From Okamejei kenojei (lineage: Eukaryota): a stretch of 64,000 nt of DNA. Where the stretch lies: positions 27,590,001-27,654,000 of the forward strand of contig CM069145.1 in NCBI GenBank assembly GCA_035221665.1, read 5' to 3'. Position 1 is the first letter of the stretch; each line of letters begins with the position of its first letter. Below, one piece after another: positions 13,201-28,200 of this stretch. The notes below the pieces were generated by a model that worked only from the letters and a program-made list of their open reading frames with translations, ran no database searches and was not told where the DNA came from. The position numbers were made by a program, and so were the translations under genes.

Positions 13201-16200
13201 TAAACTGAAATACTATAATCTTACTTAATTGAATCCATGTTTTTCGTGGGATAATCTTAATGCTGTCAACATTTTAAGGCTGTTACAGCTTTGTGTATGT
13301 GGTAAGATGACCCAAACAAAGTTATAGATAATTAGGTTAGAACATTAGGGGAGGCCTATTCATCAGAGAAATCAGAGCATGAGGAATACTTACTAAAGGA
13401 AAATAAAAAGTGAACATGTGGGAACTGCAGAGAAGTCCCCTTTCATTATGTTGCAGACTTTCTGATCTATATATAGAATCATGCCAATAGTGTGATCTTT
13501 TCATATTCTCTAACAGATCTATTGTCCAAACTTAGTTGGAACCTTGAAAAATGTGACTTGTACATACAGTATTCAAATACAGTGAAAGTAAAATATATAA
13601 AGTCAGTACTTGCTCCACTGGCAAACATTCCAAAAACACTGTTATCTTACAAGGCATGTTTAAACTGAACTTCAAAAGGAATGTATGTAGAAAGGAACTG
13701 CAGGTGCAGATTTATATCAAAGATAGACACAAAGTGCTATCTTCCAGCCAAAGTGCTGGAATAACCAGAGTCTGAAAAAGGTTCCCACCCCGAAAACATT
13801 ACCCTCCACAAATGCTGCCTGATACGCTGAGTCCATCCAGCGGTTTGTTTACTACTTAACCTTCTTGCTTTCCACTGAAGTGACCTACTGGTACAAAGCA
13901 TGGAAACAGGCCCTTCAGCCCAACTCATGCATGCCAACCAAGAAGTTTTCTTGTGCTAGTCCCATTTGGCCCATATTCTTCTAAACTTTGACGATCCATG
14001 TATCTGTCCAAATGTCTTTTACACATCGTAAATGTACTCAGCTCTACCACTTTCTCCGGCAGCTCATTCCATTTTATCACCACCCTCTGAAGAAGGCTCT
14101 CGACCTGAAACGTCACTCTTTCCTTCTCTCAGAAATGCTGCCTGTCCCGCTGAGTTACTCCAGCTTTTTGTGTCTATCTTCTAAAAATGTTGTCGCTCAG
14201 GCCCCCTGAAAATCTTTCCCCTCTCACCTAAACTCCAATCCTTCTATTTTTAGACTCCACTGGCCCGGGAAAAAAAGACAGTGACCTATATCCCTAATGA
14301 CCTAAAGACCTGATCTATATCCCTAATGATTTGAGATACCTCTATAAAGGTCACCCCTCAACCTCCAATACTGCAGGAATAAAAATCCCCAGCCTACGCA
14401 GTCTCCCCTTATAAACCAAGCCCTCCAGCCCCAGTGACTTGCAGCTTTAATCTGCTATAGCCAGGCAGGGAGATTCCCCACCATACGTCCAGCAAATTTG
14501 TGCTTTGCTCTCAAACTCCAACGTCGGAGTAAATTCACTGACACTTGCATGTGTAAATGCACACTTGCTCACTTGCAGTCTGGCATGCAATTGATGGCTT
14601 TTCTCAGCAAGTTACAGCCCAACTCATGCAACCTCATGCTAAGGTCTTTTACCAAATCATTGTAATCCAAGAATATCGACTGATCAAAAAACTTTCTTTT
14701 GCAATGTAAAGTACATAACCATGATAAACAGCACAAAATAAAATTAGCAATTGTGTTACTCACATTACTTTGAAGAGCATATGCTTTTTTAGCCCATTCA
14801 GTTTTCATATCTCCGGCGAGGTTGGTGTACTGGTGGTATTGATGTTTGTAGCCCCTGTCAGTGGCCAGACTCTGCGCTCTTTTTGCATGCACCAGTTCCA
14901 TCATATCCATTGTGAGATGGATATTGGTCTTGGTTGCCTCCGATTGCTTTCTGTACTCCAGATCGCTCTGCAGCCTGGAGGCTTGGATAGAATGGGCCAG
15001 CTGAGAATCGCCTGCTGCCTCCTTCACTCCAATCAACTTGCCCTTTAGTTTCTCGTATGCCTCCCTGTACTTCAGCTGTTAAAACAATTTGTAAAGAGGT
15101 TAATAAGTGAACTGCCCTGACTTTATTATCTGCCACGTGTAATGCAGGCATGAGAAATGAATAGCAGATTATGATCTGCCTGCAAAGTTTTTTTTTAAGT
15201 GCAATAACAAGGAACTGCAAATGCTGGTTTGTACCAATGAAAGACACACAATGCTGGAGTAACTCAAAACACTGGAACAGATGGGTATCTAAACAATGGT
15301 GAACTGCAAGCAAACCATAATGTTGTGCGTTTACCAAAAATCAAGATTTTATTCCTGGTATAAAGATAATCCTTTCTGAACATTTGCAATGTTGGACCAA
15401 GGATGATGGCTTCACTCATCCTAATAATTAACTCAGAGAATTTCTGCTCATCCAGTCCTCATAATCAGACAACACAGGCTGACAACCTGGAGGCAGTGAA
15501 TGGTTCACAAGAGCCAGTGCACATTTTCATGACTAAGAGAGTACATTTGAGTTACCTCCTACCTTTAGAAAATAGATGAGGAGGAATTTCTTTAGTCTGA
15601 TGGTGGCCTAGTCATTGGGTATTTTTAAAGCGGAGATTGATGGATACTTGATTAGTCAGGGTTGCAAGGGTTATCAGGAGAAGGCAAGAAAGTGGGGTTG
15701 AGAAGGAAAGATAGATCAGCAATGATTTAATGCCATAGTAGAGTCGATGGGCCAAATGGCCTACTTCTGCTCCAATGACATTAACTTATATCGGAGAAAT
15801 GTGAATCACCTGGACTTTTACATTGTCTCCTATTAAAACAACTCCTTTTGTTTTAATTTCAATTAAGTTCATTTTAAATAGTAATATGCACTATCCAGGC
15901 AAATAAAGAAAATGAAAGATATTCAGCATAAGAGGTGTTCACATTGGCAAAATTAATGGTGTGTCAAAGTGCTTGGAATGTGTAACTTACATCACTCGCA
16001 AGATCTCTTTTTGCCTTTGCTTCCAGAATGGCTAAAGCATCCAAGCGCAGTTCAAAGCTTTTGCCTTTCTCTGCCTCCCAGTGACTCTTGTAGATTTTCT
16101 TGATAAAGCATAAATTGTAGAATAGTTTCAGTTAATTGTGCCCTCTGCTAATTAGAGTTTACATCATTCAGGTATAGAAGAGAACCATCAGGTACTCATC

Positions 16201-19200
16201 TCGTTCCTGACTAACCCCAGGTAAGTCTTGATTTAAGGTCAGCGGGGAATTTCTACGGGAATTTTCCCAGTTTCCAGTGCTAACACAGGCAGGGGAGCCA
16301 AAGTTACGCTGTTTTTTTCCCCCAGGTTTCTCTAGCTCTTCCACCAAAATTAAGTAGATGAACAGAGCCAACAACGGGAATTTATTCCTCAGTTTTGATT
16401 TTGCCTTTCTATACAAAATTCAACCTCACAGTGTAAATACAATCACAATTAAATTGGACAGTTCTGAAATTAAACCAAAACTACATAATTGTCATCAGTT
16501 TGATTCTACTTATGCGGAGAGGGAAACACAAGCAGAGTCCATTATGTTTGGACTTTATTTGGCTTATCTGTGTAATGAAGTGCTACCTTATTTTTTCCAT
16601 TTCACTTATCTGCCTGTGCAGTGCACTAGATGTGACCAAGCAAGTACTTTTGTTCCAGGGTACAGTACTCCAACATTGCTTTATTTATGCACTGAAATTG
16701 CTCAGATTTATATGTTAATTTATACGTTTTTAATTATACCAGTTAATCTGCTGTGGTGTCACTCAAGGTACTGCCAATTTAAAAGCAACTTTTTCTGAAG
16801 CACAGCCTACGAATGTCTCCCAAACTTAAAATTATTTTTGATTTCCCCATCTTTTTATTTCTATTTATCTTCCTCCCCTTTCTGACCACTCTCTTTCTCT
16901 CTCGCTCTGTCTCTCTCCCTCATATCACCTTCTCCAGTGCACACACCCAACCTGAATACACTGTCATTGTGTTTCTCTATATATTTGTCCTTTAGTCATA
17001 ATTCCCCCAGAGTTTAGTGGGCATGATACATGATTACCAGGTAAATCCCTTCCAAATGCTCATGAAACTCACCCCCACCCTTCAGGCGCCCACCACCCTT
17101 CATCTTTTACCAACGTAACGTTTGGATTACCACTCCCTCGCCACTAGCCCTGACCTCCCTAGGATCTTGGACATTTGTGAAACTTTAGCACCACGCCGAT
17201 TATCAAGATTGCTTAGCAATTGCTATTTCAACCTGTCATTTAAGCAATGACAAAGAATTTCTTGACCCCAGTTTCTTTATTACTTCAGATTATAGTTTGT
17301 AAACAACGTATTTTGTTTGTGAACTTCTGTACCATGGAACAGCAAGATATTTACCTGAATCAAACCAATCAACACAGTGCTAATGGACTGAATTAGCATT
17401 ACAAGTATCATAAGTTCAAATCCCTCCGTAACTACATGTAGGAAATATGAAATTATATTAAAAACTAATTATTCCTCTATTGTCTTCCAAGAATGGAAAC
17501 TTATCCATGCTAGTCTGTGACTGCAACCCTATATCCCACAAGTTACTGCCAACAGCTTCTGAAGTGACCGAGAAAACCAGTGCACTACAAGGCCAGTACG
17601 TTCCAAGAACAACTATAATTAAGCACAAAATTCACCCTGTGTCTCAAGGACAAATAATAGCATATTTCCACCAGGAGGAAGCAGGATTACGTGTACCTTC
17701 AGTAAGTTGCTCACAAGGACAAGCAAACAGAATAGCAAACCATTGCAGTCTTCTTTGGAGGAGATGGTAGGGGACAGCACAATGGTGCAGCAGTAGACTT
17801 ACTGCCTTACAGCGCCTGAGGCCCAGGTTCGATTCTGTGCTGTCTGTGCGGAGTTTGTACCTTCTCCCCGTGACCTTGTGGATTTTCTCCGGGTGACACG
17901 GTTTCCTCCCGCACTCCAAAGAAGTACATGTTTGTAGGTTAATTGCCTTTGGTAAAATTGTAAAAATTGTCCCTGGTGTGTAGGATAGTGCTAGTGTAGG
18001 GGGCTCACTGGCCGGCGCTCACTCCGTGGGCCGAAGGGCATGCTTCCGCGCTGTAACTATAAAACTAAAACCATTGATCAAAAGCTAAACCCATTATCAT
18101 CTGCACTTTGTAATTTCAGCTTTGAAAATCATTTGTTACTTACATCACTTAAGTGTTGAGCATTTGCCTTGGCTTGCATGAACAATGGCTCATCTTTGCA
18201 GATGCTGTACTGATGAAGACTCTGTTCACCCATTGCTTTGTACATTAGCTGCATAACGTAGAAGAGCAAAAGTGGTCTTAAATAAAATGGCATGTAACCT
18301 TCGCCAATGCCAATGCAATAATTTTACACTTCAATCATTTTTAAAATGTTTGCAGCATTTTCGGATTTAATTTCAGATGTCCAGCATCTGCAGGGCCTTT
18401 TTTAATTTCCATCTGGCATGTTTCCATTACATGCTCACGTTGACTGTGACTAAGTACATTCAAGATTGCAGCTTTTAAAAATCTGAATATTAAAAGGTAC
18501 TAGAACTGTATCTAACTGCCCATGCTTGACAGGCAGTAAATTGGCATAAACACTGAAAATTAAAAACACTCATAGAATTTAGAAACAAGGAACAGCAGAA
18601 GTTGGTTTACAAAAAAGACACAAAATATTGGGCGAACACATCGAGTCAGGTAGTATCTTTGCTGAACAGGGATAGTGACATTTCTGGTTGGAAGCCTCCT
18701 CAAATGTGAAAAAGAGTCCCCTCACCTACCCATGTTCTCCAGAGATGTTGCCTGGCCCACTGAATTACTCCAGCACTTTGTGTCTTTTTTTTAATTCATT
18801 GAAATTGTTTGACTATTGTTTGCCATCATCCTCTCCTGTACCACCTGCAGGTGGCAGGTGGTCCAACGTTAGAAGTTCTTTGTCTACCTCCTTAGTGTCA
18901 ATGACGACTAATTTCCTTCAATGTAGGAAAGGCAAAATTGCAAAAACCTAAGGAGACATAAAATGCTAGATATCTGCAGAATTCTCCTTTTATAAGCACC
19001 TTTACCTAGTCCTTTTTATCACAGTCAGCAATGCTGTGGCAAAATATTTTTGCATTAGCGAACTGGTGGAGCTAACTAGATTCAGAACTGAAAGAGTTCA
19101 GTTACAAGCACCTGGTTGCTTGAACAAAATTTATGTATGAAGCTATGAAAAACAATAGGAATAAAATCAAAAAAAAAAATCTGAAACTTTTAGATGTTTG

Positions 19201-22200
19201 GAAGTAAACACTCAAAACTTTTTCTTCCAAACTTTGCCTGTTTGATCAGCTTTGATTGTGTCAGTGGCATCCATCACTCTTTGAAATACAATGTTTTTTC
19301 ATAAATGATCTCTCTCTGCCTATGCAGTACTCACTTCACTTTGCAAATCTTGGCTCCTCTTGGCATGAATAATCTGTGGAGTGTCTGCCACACTTGTGAA
19401 TTTTAACGCATCAACTCTTTGTCGGTATTTTTTCTGCAAGTTAAAAGAGTACACAATTTACTCTCTGACAATAGGGAACTTACTTTAGAAAGCAAAATAA
19501 AATGGTATATACATGATTCTAGTCAAATGCATGTGAGTGTTCAGTGCTAAAATAATATTAAATCAGTTAATCATGATCGCATTCTCTTTCAGTCTTTCGT
19601 TAATTGTCAAGTAAAGTGAAGTCGAGATAATTGCCATATCGCAAGTATGCTGAGGTACAGCTACAATGAAATTCTTGCTCCCAGCAGCATCACAGGCACA
19701 TGGACTCATACAAAGGACAGAAATACAATTTACACATAAATTGCACATCAATTCTTCAAACAGTAAAAAGAAAGAAAACTGCAAAAATCAAAACATTAAT
19801 GCAAAATACAATTAGAAAACAAGTCCAAAATAGTGTTCTGTCGTTGCTGTTGAACTGATTATTCCATTATTAGGACAGTTATCAGATGTAGATTCATTAT
19901 CGCTGGTAGAATTTACCAACAATTACCCCCTCCCCGCCTCAAATCACCCTAATTATCCCATATGATTTCTTTTCAATACCTTTTCCAAGTGGCTGCACTT
20001 GCACTTTGCATTAACCTGTGCATTAATCTGTCTCTGCAACGTAACCTGCTGTCTACCTGCCAGGCAGGAATGTAAACCTGTCTTGCTGATAGTTAGGATT
20101 ACTTACTCCTGACCGATGAAAGACAAGACAATAAATGCGTCCAAGCAGCCAATATCGGAACCTATAATTTAAGTTGCAATTTCATGCGGACACCAACAAT
20201 TGCTGCTGAATACCTTTCACAATCTGCGTAGGAAGGAACTGCAGATGCTGGTTTCAACCGAAGATGGACACAAAAAGCTGGAGTAACTCAGCTGGACAGG
20301 CAGCATCTCTGGAGAGAAGGAATGGGTGACGTTTCTGGTCGAGCCCCTTCTTCAAGTCTCGACCCGAAACATCACCCATTCCTTCTCTCCAGAGATGCTG
20401 CCTGTCCAGCTGAGTTACTCCAGCTTTATGTGTCTACCTTTCACAATCTTATACTGTCGTTAATCTCCAAAATTTGGAAGGCCAGAGATATTGCAATCGT
20501 TAATTTTTATCGAGTATCATTGGATTGAAATGAAAGGAATAGCCAGTTAACATGACAAGGAAAATCCTAGCTCGCCTGGCCAATCTGTAATGCACACATA
20601 TGCAGAGAGTGTGATGCAATTCTCTTACCATCTCAACAATCCTATGATAACTTGTGTAGTAGAACAGGATATTATACAGTAAAGCAGTAAAACTGCAATG
20701 AAAAGATGCAAGCATACAAAAAAAAAAGAACACTGACTTCAGAAGCGTGCATAAAAGATGGAATTCAGAGCAAACAGTAGGGGCAGCAAATTAAAGTATT
20801 GGTGGTGAAAGTGAGGGGATTAGGAGGTTAAGTCAAGAGTCTGAGGTATTTACAGCAATGGCCTGAACAGCAGGTTAATCTGGCAGCAGATCTGCCACAT
20901 TCCTTCTCTAGCGCTCTCCTAACGCAAATCTCTGGCCCACAGTCATTACAAGATTGGTGGATGATCGTTAAAGGACGCAGTCTTGCTGATATTAAACAGA
21001 GATGAGAAAACGTTAAATCAAACTATCAGACTGAGTGTCAGGTTAAGGTGCAGCTAACCACAACATAAATCTAGCCACTAACTTCAATATTAATAGCTCC
21101 ACTGCGGTTATTGTGTAGCTGGAACCACAAATCTCTCAGTTTTCCTTAGAAAGGAAAAGTGTTCATAATTCTCTAAGATAAAACTGAAATCTTGATCATG
21201 AAAATATGTTCTCTCATTCTAAGTAACAGTGTTTTTGTATTTTCAGTCCAAGCCTGTGGAATGTAACATGTTATCTTTCAGAAATAATTCTGATATATGC
21301 TTTTTGAAACCCATGTTCATGAGCTCTTCACAAATAAAATGTGAAATGTAATCAGACCTCTGTCCAAAAACAAGTCTAAACAGGGAATGACCCATGGAAA
21401 TGGATTGTCTCGAAGAATTCCCGGCTGAGTATCGGTCCAGATGCTGCTATAATTAGGAATCTAGCAACTTATTATGGTTTTAAATACGCTCTTATGAGTA
21501 ACGATGTAGGTAGTCACATGTAGAAATGTTTCAGAACTCCTGATTTGAAAGTATGCAGACATCAGCGGCCAAATCAGTGTTTAAAAATTGCTTGTGGGTT
21601 GATTTAATGGGATCATACCTATTCATCTTAATAAAAACTCCTCCTGAAATATACTGCTTCAAAACCTGACAGCGACAGAGTTTCTGGTCATGTTTTATTA
21701 CTTTATATGAGTACCTTGATTATATTTCCTACAATTTTTGAACTTGACCCACTAAGCCTGATTTAGAGTCTAGTGGTAAATTAAAATATACTCCTATACT
21801 GTATTGGAGTTCCATCCCATGTAGTTTAATTCACATAATTTCTTACTCTATTTTAAATTAATTAAGTTCATTAATATCAGCCACAAATATCCCCACGCTT
21901 CACGGGCACTTCACATTAATTCAGCCAAACCTTCCTCTATGTGTTCTAAAAGGGGCTTATGTCAACTTGCTGGCAATTCAAGTGTTGACAGCAAGTGGCC
22001 CCAACTCATCTACGCCCCCAAGGTGACCTCAGGTTGACCAGCGTAACTGTGGCAGTTGTACCTATTGCTCCCAAATTAATATTTTGTGAATATCTCATGC
22101 CACGATTATCCATTGTATCAACGGTTCCCAATGTTCTGAATGAAAATCTTACTTGTTCACATTGGGTAAAATATACGCCCCTCATAAATAACTGATGACC

Positions 22201-25200
22201 TTACGGGCCATTCAAGAATTGATGCAGTCCCAGGATTGCTAAGACAATGATACCCGAGTATCTTTTTTTAAGTTTACTTTGACTTCTTATGAATTTTCTG
22301 ATGAAATTACGACAAGTCTCATGGATTTCCCCACCAACTACCCTTCCCATCCCACGCCCACTGTATTTTTGGAAGCCCTGCTGAAAGGAATGACCGACCA
22401 GGGGCTAAGAATCAAGTCACAGCCTAGAATTTACTGGCAATATGTTGCTCCCAGTAATCACAAGTCACATAAAAACGTTCATGCCTTGAGAAGAATGGCC
22501 CTTCGCTGGCTAACTCAGAAATGGGATGAAATGCAAATTGGATCTTGGCTCGACACATATTTGTGTTCTCACTAACCATTATTTTATTAAAGGATTCAAA
22601 GTACCTACGATAATTTAATTAACTATTGGAGAAAACTATTCTGTCCAAACTGGTACCATACAATGTACTTTATATATAATTAAGAATCCTGGAACTTTTT
22701 ATAGTCTTAAACACGATCTTCTACCTACTGATGTCGGTATTCGCGTGACGAAACTCACTCTGGGCAATGAGTTTGCTCACCTCACTCAGAATATCCCCAG
22801 CTCTCCTCGCCTGCTCCACATCCAGACTTCTATTTGCCTCCCATCCCACTCCTTTCATCCAGGTCAGATCAGCTCTGTACTTATTCTGGTTAAAAGAAAA
22901 TTAAAAAGCAAATCACCTTCGTTGATAACTGAAATTGTGTTGGTGAGATAAAGACATTTCATTGCATAAACACACGATCCCATGTTTCCCTTCAAACTAT
23001 TATGAGGTCTCTCTCTCTCACACGACTGAAAGCTAGTTTTCCAAAACATTTATTCAGGATGCATGCACTCCCTGGTATGGGACTGCCACCTACTGCCCAT
23101 TATTTGATGTTGTCTGATCGGCACTGAGTTAACTCAACCCGACAACAATAAAGGCAGAGCAAGTGCACTCAGCAACCTCACAATTGCATGGTTTCCAATT
23201 CTTAATTGCTTTCCTCTGACCCTTGCTTGTAAGCGGACGTGGTGCAGTCTAAAGCCTCCACCGTCAGCATCTTGTCAACGCTCGCTGTTTTGCATGCGTG
23301 GAAGTGGCCAGTCAAATGTAGTGATACAACCAATGTTAGAACAATGTTCAGCTTCAGAGAGGCAGGAAGGGACACTGCAGGAAACTACATTTATTTATCT
23401 GGAATCTCACAGTGCCAAAAATGTGAGATTATATTAACCTTCAATCTCCACTTTAAAATGCAATGTTCTTCAAATAGCCTGTCCATCTCACTACAAATAA
23501 ATAAATGTGTGTAGGTTTTCATGCAGTCTTCTAGCAGATGTTAATTAAAGCTTTGGTCAAGAAGTACAGTTTGAAAACGCATACCTCTAGATTCAAGGAC
23601 AGTTTCTTCCCAGCTGTTATCGGGTAACTGAATGGTCCTATCATCAGCTAGTGTGTGGTCCTGACTGCACCCCCCCCCCCCCCCCCCCTATCTCATTGGA
23701 GACCTTGTACCCTTTATTCTTTATTTGTGCACTCTGGGCGGCTTGATTGTAATCATGTATAGTCTTTGACTGGACAACTTTTCATTATACCTCGGTGCGT
23801 GATAATAATAAACTAAAATAAACTAAATAGAAGATAGACTCAAAAAGCTGGAGCAACTCAATGGGATGTGCAGCATCTCTGGAGAGAAGGGATGGGTGAG
23901 GTTTCGGGTCGAGACCTTTCTTCAAACTAAATATAATTTTGTCCCTTCTTTAAGAGCTGGCATTATTTTTCTACCATAGTGGTCTCACCTCACACTGCAG
24001 CCCATATGCTTTCTTTGCCCATTTCAGCTTCATGTCTTCAGGCAGTAGTGTGTAGTCATGGAGCCTCTTCCTATACTCCAAATCACTAGCCAAAGCCTGG
24101 GCTTTTTTGGCATGCTTCAGATTCACCATGTCGAGTGGTAGATGGAACTTATTACTTGTCTCGACAAAGTTCTTCTTATACGCGACCTATTTTGAGCATG
24201 AAGAATTAACAGAATGAACCAAAGCAAAAACTTCCATTAGCACAAAAACAACATGAGTGAAAGCACTGTTTAGTTTAGTTCAGTTTTGTTTAATTTAGTT
24301 TAGAGATGCAGGGTGGAAACAAGCCATTTGGCCAACCGAGTCCACCACGCTGACCATTGGTCAACCGCACACAAGTTCCATGTTATCCCAATTCCTCATC
24401 CTACACTCTAGACGCATTTTACAACAGCCGATTAACCTACAAAACCTGCACATTTTTGGAGTGGGGGAGGAAACTGGAGCATCCGGAGAAAACCCACGCT
24501 GTCACAGGGAGAATGTGCAAACTCTGAACAGACAACGCCCATAGACAAGATCGAACCTGGGTCTCTAGTGCTGTGAGGCAGCAGCTCTACTGCTGTGTCA
24601 CTGTGTTGTAAACGGCATGGCCTGAAATTTGAAAGGTACCAGTTTAGGTGCATCAGTCAACCTGCAGTGGGCCATTGATACTTTCTTGCTGGGGATGGTG
24701 GGCTGGGGGGATGGGAATGTGAGGAATAAATGTATAGTCAGCTAAATTGATAGGTAGGTGTTTGCAAAGGTTTATAATGACTACACACAAAGGTGGAATG
24801 AATTTCTACACCTTAACATTTTTGCAGAAATGTATGAAATGTGTAGGTGTATACTTTTCAAGGTTATAAATTAAAAATGCATTACTAACCAATGCAACAA
24901 ACTCTTCATCACAGTGCAGATTTTACTTCAATATTTTAAATAAAATCCTGCTTTAACAATCGTAGATCATAAGCATGATGCAATGTCAGTTTGAAGGAAA
25001 ATTCAGCTCTTCGATAACTGATGTGTTAATCCATTATGATTTTAAATTGCATATTGAACTGAGGTAAATAATGGGATTTTGATTTTTCTTATCTAATGTA
25101 CCTCACTGCTCATCTTGGAAACCCGCAGAGAATGCAGAGTCTTCAAATCATACACTTTGCTTCTCATTGCTTTGCCCTTGCTTTTCTCATATTCTTCTTT

Positions 25201-28200
25201 GTATTTTATCTTTCAAACAACAGGGGAAAAAAAATTAAATTAAACATGTAGCAGTTGCCTGGTGATAAAGAGTTGAAATAAACGATTTAAACACTTTCTC
25301 AATCTAGTGGGGATAGAAATGACCGTTTGCCTTCACGTGGTGTCCAAATTGAAGACGCTCGAACAAGGCAACAGCCTGTTTATGTAAAGCATGTTAAAGT
25401 AGCGGGGAGGGAAATGTCAGGCAGTCATTAAATGTTGAATGTTAATATCAAAGTCACTTCTCGGCTACAAACACTTTGCCATCCTGTTGTGTACTATGTG
25501 CAAGGTGCTTGGTCTAAAATGCTTGCAAAATTTTCCAAAATCAAAAATATGAACAATCCAGTTTGCTAATATCATGGATAAAGTAAAACATAACGAGTCA
25601 CTTCATGAGGAGAAAAAGGTGGTGTGAGTGAGGGTATGTGATGTCGGTAAAACGAACACTAACCAAAGAAAAGGATCTACCAAAGCCTTGATTAAGAGTG
25701 CCATAAAAAAAGGAGGGAGGGGAGGTAAGCTATTTAGGAACACAATCCTAGACGGAAGGTGCAGGACCAAAGATGAGGCAAAGGAAATAGAGAGATGCCC
25801 CAGATGTGAATCAGGGCGTTGCAATGTTGGATGAAGCCACAGAGACAGGCAAGAGGTAGGCCTTTGGAGAAACCAGTTATAAATCTGAGCCAGCTGAGGA
25901 CTGAGTTGCAGATAGTTGATGTGGTACAAGTTGCAGATATTGTAATGAAGTGAAGTTTGCGCAGCTTGGAAGGAGGAAAACCAACTAGAACAGCATTGGA
26001 ATAACTGGATGAGGAGCGCTCCAGTACATCCAACATGGTTACTGGACTTTGAACTACGGACTGGTTTTTTTCTTTATAAAAGGCGCCAAAATATGGCGAC
26101 TGTACATTTGTGGTTGTTCAAAGGAAATTCACAGTGCTGTGCATACGTGACAATAAAGAACCATTGAACCATTGAACTGTTCCATGATATACAGAAGCAA
26201 CAATTTCTTGAAGTAAGATTTCTGAATGCTGATTCCAATACAGTGCATTTCTCTGCACTGAGAATGGTGCGCAATTTGTTGTATTAAAAATAGTGAAGTA
26301 TTCATAAATTTAACTCTCAACAGTCCCAAAAGAGTCAATGTTTATACAGCAAAAAATCTATTAAATGGGGAACCCATGGTGGTCAAATTGAGGTTCAAAT
26401 GAGGACTTCAGCAGCAGATGCGCTGAGATTAGGATGAAAATGGTCAGTATTGGACAGGGGTTGTTAGGCCAACGTTGTGAGGAAGATGATATAGGGGTGG
26501 CAACACATGGCCTGAGAGAAACCCTCAGTAATGCATAAACCCCTCGGGCTTGGTCTATGACCCAATCAAATCGTGGTTGCTTTGTCCCTTGACTCTATTT
26601 ACTCAATCCCAATTCACATACTTTGATATCATTGCCTAGCATCATCCACAGCCATTTGGAAAGTTGATTCCAGATTTCCAACAACATTTGCATGTAAAAA
26701 TGCATCTTTAGACAAGTTTTAAAATTGAACTCCCTTGTAAGATGGCCTAACAGTATAACAATTTTCTCTGTATCTTTCATGTCATAACTTTTATCATTTT
26801 AAATGCTCTGGTTAGATCATGCTTCAACCCTTTGAACAGACTGAAATCACCATCTTTGTATTTATTTAGATGTAAGTGATGTGACTTAATCTGGATCAAT
26901 GGAAATAAGACACAAAATGCTGGAGTAACTCAGCGGGTCAGGCAGCATCATGGAGAGAAGGAATGGGTGATGTTTCGGGACGAGACCCTTCAGTCTGAAG
27001 AAGGATCTCGACCCAAAACGTCACGCATTCCTTCTCTCCAGAGATGCTGAGTTACTCCAGCATTTTGTGTCTACCTTTGATTTAAACCAACATCTGCAGT
27101 TCTTTCCTATACAAAATAAGACCTAGTCTGAGGACTTTTGACAATTTTATTCACCATAGATGTGTTTCGTTCTAACAATTATTTCCCAGAACACGTTCCC
27201 ACATTCAATGAGCAAGATCACAAGATCTTTTTGCCAGATCAGTAATTAATTTTCAACATTCAATATCAGTTCACCCTACCTTGCAGGGAATAAATAATCA
27301 ACATTATCTGTGAAAATAACGTTACACAGGGAAAACTGTAAAGAAAGATTGCAGCAACTTACATCACTTGCCAAATTCCCGGAGGTTTTAGCAGCTAAGA
27401 GAGCTATCGAATCCAGGTTCACTTGAAATCCTTTACCCTTATTCTTTTCCCAGAGCTCCCTGTATTTGATCTGGGAACAGAGAGGTTTTTTTTTCAAATT
27501 ATATACGAGGTGTGTTCACGCATTTGAAAATACCTAATTGGTACAGTATATGCCAAAAATAATCAACGATATCACCGGCATCTCTCACAGATGGAAGGAT
27601 TCCAAGCACCATTCAAAGATTTGGGGCAATGACGGGCAAACTTCAGAACAATGGTGCAAGAGCGGTGAACTTGATTGACTAAAGGGGCTGTCCTAATTGG
27701 GCGACCTAATTGGCGAGTTTAGAAGAGTTTGAAAAAATTACATGTTGAAGACCTCCTTCGACTATGTAGAAGACCAGCTTCGACTAGCTACGACTAGCTA
27801 CGATTAACTTCGGGAAAATTGGACACCGAAAAGTGGAGAATGAAGACGACCTCCTTCGATCTCCTTCGACCTCCCATCGACTATGCTGAAGACTACCTCC
27901 GTCTACTTTCGATTACCCTCGATTACCTACGACTAACATGCCGACCTACTATGACTGACTACAACTAAACCTACGAGTAAAAAAAGTATAAACTTTTTCC
28001 ATGGCGACCTTTTGTTACTCGCGGGCATTTTTTAACATATTGAAAAAAACGCCGCGACCAAGCTGAGGCCTCGAGTACGCAGAGACCACTCTCGAGCATG
28101 AAGGAGAGTTACGAAGACCTCCTACGACCTCGTGTCAACCATGCTGTGAGTATGAGTCGAGGGCAAACTCGCCAGAACTCGCGGATTAGGTCGCTCAAGG

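Noticed and set aside
22751-22780. Alternative donor gtgagt 22 nt downstream of exon 17
   Set aside because: Its use would frameshift; the proximal donor keeps the module register.
25603-26036. Overlapping ORFs as a Penelope GIY-YIG or other coding fragment
   Set aside because: No recognisable motif or splice-consistent exon; at most a highly decayed repeat.
27750-27980. CRISPR-like or satellite array
   Set aside because: Irregular 7-10 nt motifs with no constant repeat-spacer period, inside a TIR-bounded MITE in a vertebrate intron.
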